Shown: piece by piece, positions 54,101-64,000 of the stretch
Layout: every line of letters begins with the position of its first letter
Position numbering within the stretch: the first letter of the stretch is position 1
Source: Antedon mediterranea
Lineage: Eukaryota; Animalia; Echinodermata
Length of the DNA: 64,000 bases
Reading direction: 5' to 3'
Assembly (NCBI RefSeq): GCF_964355755.1
Contig: NC_092671.1
Span: forward strand, 36,466,304 to 36,530,303
Position numbers and translations under genes: made by a program
Notes under the pieces: model-generated
The model's database searches: none
What the model was told of the DNA's origin: nothing
The model's input: only the letters and a program-made list of their open reading frames with translations

Positions 54101-56110
54101 CTTTATGTGAAAAAAACATATTTGGGCATATCACTACCATATTTAGGCACATCACACTTTTTTGTCAAACGACAAACCTCATCTTCTGCATCTGGTGTTG
54201 AGAACTCGTACATGAGATTTCTGCTATCTATCGTTAAATTTAGGTCCAGGTCACAACCTTTGACCCCATAACTATTGACTGATGATCCATATGGAGCAAC
54301 AGCAGCATATGGCATGAATTCTTGGAAAACACTCTGGAGTAATCGACAGACTAGATAACGAAGATTGACATCATCTGGTGACAGCTGTAACTGTGCCATA
54401 AGACCATGCATTTGCTCTGTTACCTACACAAGATTAAGAATGGGATTAACATTGATTCAACAAGATGAAGAATGAGATTAACATTGATTCAACAAGATTA
54501 AGAATGGGATTAACATTGATTCAACAAGATGAAGAATGGGATTAACATTTAAATATAAAAAATGCTGTAGTAGTTTGCTATTGGAGAGCATCTCCATTGT
54601 TCTTGTCCTGTTAGATGATGTGCAAGAAAAAACACTAAAAAAGCCACAGTAGGAAAGAAAAATGTAAAGAAAACCTTAAAGCTCTGTCTACACTATCAAA
54701 CTTTATGTGACAAAAAAAATGTGATGTGCCCATATATGGACATGATGATTATTACCATATTTGGGTACATCACATTTTGTGAAACTAGTTTGATAGTGTA
54801 GACAGATCTAGGTAGACACTTACATTGTCCAAAGCTACAAGCGATTCAACGACTCCTTCATCAACCTGACCTCTTGTGTTTTTCTTCTTACTTGGTTGCT
54901 TTTGTTTCCCCATTACTGGTTTCCATTCTCGTTGTTTTACATTTACCTTTCTACCGCCTATGATATGTTTCTTGGTTGCTAGAGCTTGTTCTACAACTTC
55001 TTCAGATTGAAATTCAACAATTGCATACCGGTGCTGAAATGAAGTATTTTCTGTGTAAATGATTTCGAATAAAAAAAAAAATTGTCCCCCTAAAAAATTA
55101 TTTTTTAAAATTTGCTTGTTGCTATGCCATTTTAATGTTACATAATAGTTATTCACTTTGACCAAAAACTAGATCGAAAAAATGTAATTTCACATTAATT
55201 TTTAAGCAATAAATACCTAAATTGTCTGTAAGACAATGGTTTGTGGCTAAAATTAACCATTTCTTTTTATAACTAAAATAATTATTTTTGTTGATTTATT
55301 TTTTTTACAAAAGTGAATAACTTGATTAAAACTGCAGAATGGCCTATTCAAAATCTGATTTTATTAATCTTTATTTTTCATGTTTTGGGGATAATACATC
55401 TTTAAATTAATATTATTATTAAATGATTTTAAACAATAAAGTAATAATAATTACAATCTATAAAGCACTCAAGGAGCTAAACATAGAGGGTGGACATACA
55501 TTTATGATTCATTGATTTACCTTTTCTTTATCCAAAATAACTCTTTCAACTGACCCAACCTTCATAAAATAATCTGTAATTTCAATTTCTGACATACTCT
55601 TCACAAGATTACCAACAAATATACTCTTCTTTGCTTGGATCTGCCTCATTTTAGTTACTTCTTCAACTTTCTGGTGTTTTTTACCCTTCAGATGTTCTTC
55701 CATTGCTTTCTCTGTGGAAACAAGTTTACCATGTTATCTCATCCTAGTCCTTAGGCCCTCTAGGCCTGGCCCTATACAACTAGCTAGAGACCTGTATGTA
55801 GGCTGGTGGGCCTACCAAGCTAGCCTAGACTCGGCCCCTACTACTAGCTAGGCGAGGCCTAGCTAGTACTGTAGTTAGACAGGCTTTTTTTAGTTAGCCT
55901 ACTACTAGCCTACTACTACTACTAGCCTAGGCCTAGGCCTAGTACTATCTACCTAGGCCTAGCTAGGCCCTACTAGGCCTGGCCCTAGCTAGCTAGCTAG
56001 GGTCTAGGCCTAGCCTAGAGACCTAGCATTATAAATAACCCTTAAATTACCTTACCTGAAATTAAAGATAAATTACAGACATCGCAAAGAAATTTGTTGC
56101 TTGATGCCAT
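51105..56110 (-). CDS. TUT1: U6 snRNA terminal uridylyltransferase 1 / Star-PAP (~799 aa)
   Basis: Exons (minus) 56110-56056, 55711-55521, 55033-54824, 54423-54178, 53949-53723, 53383-53154, 52831-52739, 52252-51105. Zinc finger (CDVC...HLKGKKH), RRM (SIFVGNL, YAIVEF), NTase GSSVN...CDLDL and CDISINNR, PAP-associated QDPLELSHNVA. Confidence 0.93.
53508..53618 (-). mobile_element. Complete miniature Helentron-associated (HINE-like) element
   Basis: Minus strand TTTTTAGGCACGTG..CGCGACTCTA, (GTYG)n, GCACACGAC, TGGCCTTGTT; shares both ends with 7255-8071. Confidence 0.65.
54429..54549. repeat. 32-bp minisatellite, ~3.8 copies
   Basis: CAAGATKAAGAATGRGATTAACATTGATTCAA; abuts the TUT1 exon 4 acceptor. 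Confidence 0.9.
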
Positions 56111-56528
56111 CTTCGTTTATGGAACCTTAACTACTAAAAATAAAGTAATTGTACGTCCTACGACGTACGACGGACGTATTACTATTATATTTTGTCAGCA
56201 TGCATGACTGAGTTTAATGAAGGCTATTTACACTCATCAACACATCTACTGTTAACTTTAATTTATTTGAAAAAGAATAGATTTCTTCTTTTTACAGTTA
56301 TAAATTATAAGAAAATACCAGGCTATCATTTTTAAATAAACAATTAGGCGTATTTCTTTTATTTATGCTCATTAAGAAAAATGCTAGGCCTATATCTAAT
56401 GATCGGGTAAATAGACAATTTGTAAAAACGTAGGTAGGGATTTCCCCTTTTCGAATTTGAAACGCGCCATCGCCTTTTCATTGATCGGCCTTGTTTAAAA
56501 AAAGAATACAAAAAAACCCACATTTAAA
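56111..56528. promoter_or_regulatory. Probable bidirectional promoter of TUT1 and NEMP1
   Basis: 418 bp between divergent ATGs; GGGATTTCCCC (NF-kB-like) 56437-56447; CGCCAT (YY1-like) ~56465. Confidence 0.6.
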
Positions 56529-59500
56529 ATGGATATCACCATTTTCTATATAGCTGTACTTTTGTGCCTATTTACATGTTTTCAAATTGGTAGTTCTAGT
56601 AGTAGTAAGTTGATTGGTTATAAAATATTTAGTTTTAAAAACATTTAGGCTAGCTAGATTAGGCCTACTACTAGTACTAGAACTACTAGCCTAGGCCTAG
56701 TAGGCCTAGGCCTGCCTCTCTCTAGGCTAGCCTAGCTAGGGCTAGGCTAGGCCCTACTAATGTTTTAAGCCAAGCAAGAAGGGCTTGTCTTCTCTCTCAG
56801 TACAGAGGCCATCAAATGAAAGTACTGACTGGTGGCCTCGGTCGGCTTTCTTGGACCTATACTGTATACCTACTGTAGTATATCATGGAAAATGTTTTTT
56901 TTAAGAAAGTTTTTTTACATCCAAATTTAAAAACTTTAATTATAAATAATGTTAATTTGTATTTCTTTTTCTAATTTAATAATAATAGTTATTGCATTTA
57001 TTTTACAGATAATTCCTTTGTGATACCCGTACCCTATAAAGTTGATGTTCAAAATGACAGTGGTTGCGAAATATATTGTATTTCTTCTGCAGAATCAATT
57101 GGTCTGACTAATCTATGGAAAACAATTAAGGTGATTCTAATTAAATTGTATTTATCATTTACAAACATTATTTTAAGTTTCAGGATATACGAATATATGA
57201 TGAGTATAGTCCCATGTCCAAGTATAATCCCACCCCTTAATTCTGGCTGAATTTGGACACAAGACTTTTTATTAGCAATCCAAGTATAATCCCACCCCCT
57301 AATTCTGGCTGAATTTGGACACAAGACTTTTTATTAGCAATCCAAGTATAATCCCACCCCCTAATTCTGGCTGAATTTGGACACAAGACATTTTATTAGC
57401 AATCCAAGTATAATCCCACCCCTCTCTGGCTGAATTTGGACACAAGACTTTTTATTAGCAATCCAAGTATAATCCCACCCCTTAATTCTGGCTGGATTTG
57501 GACACAAGACATTTTATTAGCAATCCAAGTATAATCCCACCCCTCTCTGGCTGAATTTGGACACAAGACTTTTTATTAGCAATCCAAGTATAATCCCACC
57601 CCTTAATTCGGGCTGAATTTGGACACAAGACATTTTATTAGCAATCCAAGTATAATCCCACCCCTTAATTCTGGCTGGATTTGGACACAAGACTTTTTAT
57701 TAGCAATCCAAGTATAATCCCACCCCCTAATTCTGGCTGAATTTGGACACAAGACTTTTTATTAGCAATCCAAGTATAATCCCACACCCCCTAATTCTGG
57801 CTGAATTTGGACACAAGACACTTTATTAGCAATCCAAGTATAATCCCACCCCTTAATTCTGACTGAATTTGGACACAAGACTTTTTATTAGCAATCCAAG
57901 TATAATCCCACCCCCTAATTCTGGCTGAATTTGGACACAAGACTTTTTATTAGCAATCCAAGTATAATCCCACCCCCTAATTCTGGCTGAATTTGGACAC
58001 AAGACTTTTTATTAGCAATCCAAGTATGATCCCACCCCCTAATTCTGGCTGAATTTGGACACAAGACTTTTTATTAGCAATCTAAGTATAATCCCACCCC
58101 ATAATTCTGGCTGAATTTGGACACAAGACTTTTTATTAGCAATCCAAGTATAATCCCACCCCCTAATTCTGGCTGAATTTGGACACAAGACTTTTTATTA
58201 GCAATCCAAGTATGATCCCACCCCCTAATTCTGGCTGAATTTGGACACAAGACTTTTTATTAGCAATCCAAGTATATATAATCCCACCCTCTAATTCTGG
58301 CTGAATTTGGACACAAGACTTTTTATTAGCAATCCAAGTATAATCCCACCCCCTAATTCTGGCTGAATTTGGACACAAGACTTTTTATTAGCAATCCAAG
58401 TAATAATCCCACCCCCTAATTCTGGCTGAATTTGGACACAAGACTTTTTATTAGCAATCCAAGTATATATAATTTTTGTCAAATTCATATATGACTGACT
58501 TTAAATATAGAAAATTAGATATTTTACCTACATTAATTTTCAATAGCCAAAACTTCACAATCACCTAATTTGCTATCCTTATCCATCTGCCCATCTGTAG
58601 CTAGTCTAGCCTGTAATGCCAGTACTGTTATTTATTCATTTATAATATCATATTAAACAAACAAATTACAAACATGATTTATTTCATATTTTTAAAGGTG
58701 CAAGCTGTTTGTAATCGCACAAAATATGCAAAATGTGACAGTCCTAGTGTCACTGTTGGTGAAAATGAAGAAAAGTTGAAGGGAAGCTGTATTAGAGGAT
58801 GGTTACCAAAATATTCCCCTTGGGAGAAAAATGTTGCAAGTGTGTCCCCATTCAAGAATATCTGCTTTTCTGTGATGCATGACAATACTTACAAACTTAC
58901 TGTTACACCTTATAGTAAGTTCATATAGACCTAGTTTACGGTTTTATTTACAACTCTCAGTTTTATTTTGTATTTATCTTGACTGTATTGAAATAAATTG
59001 TGCTATCGCAGCACAAAATCGAGGGATTACCCTAAAAAGTATTTTTAACTGATCCACCCACCAGTTAACCAATGTTATTTCTAGCCTAAATTCAAATTTG
59101 CTGGCCATCAAGTATTTTAAAGAATTATTCAATATATTCTTTGACCGAAACAGGCCAGTTACTGGAAAGAGCTAAATCTAATGGTTTCAGAAACTTAAAT
59201 TCACTTAAATGCAATATCCTATTTCCAACTTTTTACAATAAAAAGGATAATATTGGATAATTATGATACAGTATACATATATTTACTGTATTACCAATAG
59301 TGCTAAACCCTGATTTTTTATTTAGAAATGACCAATTAATTATTGTATAATCAGGCCAAAGTAACTAATTTGCTTTTTTTATATGAATATTTTTAATTTA
59401 TTTATTTTAGCTTTTTTTTTTTAATTAGCTGCATACCTGTATTACATCGCTCTCTGTATATTTGGCTTGGTTATTTTTATTTATGCTCCAGCATTAAGTC

Positions 59501-62500
59501 AGTAAGTCTATGAATGTACCGGTAGTAGCCACCTTTTGATTTTTAATGACACGACATGTGAACACACAGCTATTGAGTCTAACAGTCATTCCACACATTC
59601 TCTTTAGAGAGTGTGCCTTTTCGACTCAACAGCTGCATTGTGGCGAGTCATTAAAACAAAAAGTTGCTATTATTGCAGAAAGAAAACAAAAATGATTAAT
59701 TTTTTTTAAATTTAAATAATTTTGTTTTAAATTAATCTAGGGTCCTTATCATACAAACCTCCTGGTTTCTTGAGACCCCATTTCATCATTTTCTTAAATC
59801 ATTGTACATACTATTATTTTATTGTGATTTGTTGAATATGTAATGTATTGTATACAATGACAATGTCTATGTTCATAATAATTCGATAAATTTGCTGATT
59901 TCAGCATTAAATACTATTTTATAAACACGCATACACTCTCTATATATTTGCAACATGTATGGTATTGATTTCATTTAACCTTTAACCTTCGTTTCTAGGA
60001 ACCTTCTTTTCTATTACTCCTCTGGAATCACGATTGGCGTATTTGCATCACTCATCATACTCGTGTACATTTTAAGTAGAATGATACCAAGGGTAAACTT
60101 TTTTTCATTTTTGTTCTTAAATTATTATCATGTTGCCAACTTTATGTTGTCAGGCTGACAGAAAGTGGTCGAAATGTTATCGTATATACCACTGAATTAG
60201 TTACCTTACACTAGTTAATATAAATAATAACAGAGGTATATTAAAGAATTATCATTTGCCTGTCTGTTGTAATTCTTATATGATTCTCATTATCGAGTTG
60301 AGTGGCCGATTGGTTAAGGCAGGGGTGCCGCTGCAAACCATAGCTATACAATCGGCACAGGTTCAAGTCACTCCTCGACCATTATTCTGGTGATAGAACA
60401 AGTCCTAGGATAAGGAGGTCTAGTGTGCACATCTAGCTCGTGTGCACTTAAAGAACCTTGTACACCTTATGGAAGAGTAGAGGGTTACCCCGGTGTACTG
60501 GTCCATTCAGCCCCTGTCGTTGCAGACAGACGAACGGGTGTCTATAGGGGAGTAGAAAGTTTTTGTATGTGTCATCCACACCTGTGCGCAATTAAGCCCA
60601 GTAGGCTGCAAGTCGCAGGTTATTCCCCCATTTACTTTATCTTATCTATATTACTCTGCAGACTTAACTCTAGTGTATGTAGTTTTTAATTTATTACGCG
60701 GTTGAATGATTAACCCAGTAAGGTCTAATTAAACGTCGCATTTAATATCTTAAGAACTGGTTCATCAGTTGTTCATATCTAAAGTTTGTTTTTCTATTCA
60801 CAGAAAACTGGTGCGTTTGCCGTCATTGCCCTGGGCTGGTCCGGAGCACTTGTTATTCTTAACTGGGTGTTTGAAAACATAGCAGATAAAGATTATCAAT
60901 ATCTTGTAATTTGCTACACAGGGATCTCTTCCCTGATAAGCTTTGCTGTATGTTACTACTATGGGCCTAGCTACCATGAACGCGCTCAGAAGCTTGTTCA
61001 GTGGGCGATACAGTTGTGTGCGTTGTTTTGTATATATCAAAGTACTCACGACCAAATTGCTGCAGTCTCCCTCATTGTCGGTCTGTTAACTGTTATTAAC
61101 TTACCGTATGGATTCTTTAAAAGGATTTTACCAAATTTACGATGGTAAGTAAGGTTATTTTTTGGTCATATTTTAGTACGACAGGATTCATATAATTTGT
61201 CAAGAGTTAATTTCCATCACAGTTTAAATTTTTTTTTATTAAAGGAAAATAATGTTTATAAATTGTGTTTTATTATGTTTATTTTATGAAAAGTCAATTT
61301 GTCATTACTTAAAGCTCTGTCCACACTATCAAACTTTATGTGACAAAAAAATGTGATGTACCCATATTATTTGGACATGATTATGTCATATCACTACCAT
61401 ATTTGGGCATATCACTACCATATTTGGGCACATCACACTTTTTTATTCAAACTAGTTTGATAGTGTAGACAGAGCTCTACAGTAAAATTCCAGGTTTTCA
61501 ATTACCCCTGTAGGACGCTATAGTGGATAGTTTAGTCTGGGGAGTATATTTTCATTTTCTGCGTTTGTACACTATTAAACTTTTTCAAAAACCTCTTTTG
61601 ACGTCTTTTATACAAATATAAGGAAATTCAAGAAAATAAAGAAGCCTAGATTCCTTACGGAGGAAGAGTATGAGGAGCAAGCGCGTGAAGAAACTAAATC
61701 TGCTCTGGACGATTTGAGAAAACAGTGTTTAAGTCCGCAAGTAAAGACCTGGAAGATGGTATCACGGTTAGAATCACCTAAAAGGTATGTAACAAATTTT
61801 ATATAAATTCCTGTCATTTGATTGGACGAATTAAAAATAGAATATATATTTCCAAAAAAAATATATTTGTTTTCGTGTAATGGTACAAATAATGGAATTT
61901 GGTGAATGATGAAAGGTTAAATATCAACTTGGCTTTGCCTCGTTGATATTTAACCTGTTATCATTCACCTCATGCCATTACACTCATAAACATTCATTAT
62001 TTTTATAATATTGATTTGAAAAACATGAGTAGTTGCTGCTTCTATCTTAATTAATTCATTTATTTCGAATAGTACATCTATATACAAACATACAAAACAA
62101 AAAGAGAACAATTCACCAAGAAATTAACAAAAGCATCTTCCACAAAAAAACAACCTAAAATATCCTAATGTTTAAGGCTAGACAGAACCATTAGATTAAA
62201 CCATTTAAAGGTTGGTCTGATTTTGGTACAACATTTATAGTTTGTTTGTTTACATTTTGTTATATATTATACATTTTATATAATTTTTTGTGCAATTATT
62301 ATAAGGCGACAGTATTTTCTAGTCACGATTTTATAACTTTTTTTTATATCTATTTTTTTTTTTTTTTTTTGTGTATAAATATATCTCTGATGTTCTTGTT
62401 TCTTTGTTATATCGTTTTTAAATATTTCTTGAAACGTTTTCCGTCATTCCAACTTTACGCTTTCCATGATTTGTTTCCATATTTTTCTGTTTTGGGTAGG

Positions 62501-63508
62501 ATGGTTTGTTATTGTGCTAAAGTCTACATTTTTTCCTTTTAAATCGTTTTATATTTAGTTTATCAAGTTTTCTTTTGGTCTTCCTGGTGTCTTTTTACTT
62601 TCTTTTCAGTTTCCTTTATTGTTTTGTATTGTATTTTTGTCTCATCCGATAGTCTAATTATCTGTTCATACCATTTACATTACCTCACTGAAAGAGATGC
62701 TGTTTCCGATTTTTAATCTTTTAATTTTGTATATTTATGTACCGATCGATCCCTTATACTAATTTTGAGTATTCAGAGACTTTTTTATAAGCTTGTACAA
62801 ATGTTTTACTTTGTGCAATATTTGTTGTATTTCGATGTGTTTTAAGGGGCAACTGACTCTTTGAGTTATAGTAATTGTTTTGCTTTAGTTGCCTCTGACC
62901 ATTGTGCTTTGTTTCTGTTCTGTATCTGTTTATTGGTCAAATAAATAAATGGAATGAAATAATAGTGTTTCATTTAATTCTTTTACTACATTCCTTTTGT
63001 TTTGTTATTTTGTATTTGTGTTACTCACTCTATCTGTTAGTTATGTGTTGCAATATAACTATAGTAAAAGGCATATGATGGCAAATTAGCCAATTTCCAT
63101 GATACACTAAAGCCTGTTTTCCTGTCGATGTTATTCGACGCTATCGTCGTTGATCGTTAACAGTTCAACGACGATCGTTTGAAAACGATCAAGTTGAATT
63201 TATAACGATAGCGAGTACCTTTTTCTGTAAATCGTTAACATTTCAATGTTTACGTAGAAGATCGCCAATTATTGTTAACGATAGCGTTGAATAACGTCGA
63301 CAGGAAAACAGGCTTTAGAGACCGTTTTTTTCTAATCTAAAGATTTGCACACTTTGTGTTGGGTGAAAGTCACTTGTCTGGTGACGAGATCACCGCGTAT
63401 GATTCGGATGTGTCGTTGATAGAAGATGATGACGACACGGCAGAAGATAACACCTCTGATATCATGACTGACGACATTAGCTATCAAGAAGAGGGCGTAA
63501 TAATATGA
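56529..63508 (+). CDS. NEMP1: Nuclear envelope integral membrane protein 1 (TMEM194 family, ~416 aa)
   Basis: Exons 56529-56604, 57009-57130, 58698-58914, 59429-59501, 59999-60092, 60804-61144, 61623-61784, 63343-63508. Signal peptide, LFYYSSGITIGVFASLIIL, ISFAVCYYYGP, RFLTEEEYEEQ...ET..AL..LR..C.SP....WK.VSRL.SPKRFA.FV.G.SH. Confidence 0.92.
57218..58466. repeat. 62-bp minisatellite, ~20 copies, in NEMP1 intron 2
   Basis: Unit CCAAGTATAATCCCACCCCCTAATTCTGGCTGAATTTGGACACAAGACTTTTTATTAGCAAT, highly homogeneous. Confidence 0.97.
62180..62960 (-). mobile_element. Possible heavily degraded LINE ORF2 3' remnant
   Basis: Strong A-skew on the minus strand with fragmentary frames (e.g. IWKQIM, YKIVTRK); no intact motif. 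Confidence 0.3.
63111..63314. mobile_element. Palindromic MITE with TAA/TTA flanks
   Basis: AGCCTGTTTTCCTGTCGA.GTTATTC.ACGCTATCGT ... ACGATAGCGTTGAATAACGTCGACAGGAAAACAGGCT. Confidence 0.8.
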
Positions 63509-64000
63509 GGAAGCCAACCAACCAGTTGATGGTACGGAGACAGAAGCCATATTGCTAGAAACAGTCATGGTAGTGGTGGTTTCTTCTATCAAAACCATGC
63601 AGTTAAAATGTTTCTACAAAGTTGTTTTAAACTTTTATGATGGCAGTTTACAGGTTTTAAGCCCTTTTTTAAAGTGGTGTTGATACACTATGCGAAAAGA
63701 AGTAAGGGGGAATATAAAATGTTTTAAACATGAGTGCCATCATTCGATACCTAATTGTTGATCATGGTGTTTTATTTACAGTGATAATATTTAGAAGAAT
63801 AACTAAAGCTCTATAAATTCATGTTAAGAATTGTCTGAACTTGGAAAAGGGTAACAAAATAGGGTAAATAATTATTAAAGCTCTGTCTACACTATCAAAC
63901 TAGTTTGACAAAAGAAAGTGTGGTGTGCCCAAATATGGTGGTGATATGCCCAGATATGGTAGTGAAAGGACATCATCATGTCCATATATGGGCACATCAC

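Noticed and set aside
54424-54823. U12-type intron in TUT1 (TTCTTAAT near the acceptor)
   Set aside because: The donor is GTAAGT, not GTATCCTT.
57218-58466. CRISPR array
   Set aside because: Units are contiguous and near-identical with no unique spacers; no cas genes; eukaryotic intron.

Overview
AT-rich, intron-rich animal (invertebrate-type) nuclear DNA; no prokaryotic features. I assembled genes by eye from GT/AG boundaries with phase checks. The left 42 kb holds a cluster of FLVCR/SLC49-family MFS transporter genes: the last exon of an upstream paralog, three complete 9-coding-exon tandem copies on + (A 2730-10864, B 13299-19445, C 20849-26550) and a more diverged copy on - (D 29691-42397). 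The right 21 kb holds three single-copy genes: PRMT3 (+, 13 exons, one GC-AG intron), TUT1/Star-PAP (-, 8 exons) and NEMP1/TMEM194 (+, 8 exons); TUT1 and NEMP1 are head-to-head. Introns are full of non-autonomous TEs: about 20 copies of one TAA/TTA-flanked MITE, other MITE families, Helentron-type elements, SINEs, a 5'-truncated L1/Tx1-type LINE with a 15-bp TSD, and minisatellites. Three observations stand out. (1) Amino-acid differences among the young FLVCR paralogs cluster at positions aligning with the choline/ethanolamine pocket. (2) Copy B is a chimera carrying an orphan half of exon 7. (3) A set of microsatellite-associated elements with tRNA-like cores, inverted/tandem Penelope-like architecture and minimal hammerhead ribozyme motifs suggests a retrozyme-like system. 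All family assignments come from motif recognition, not database searches.
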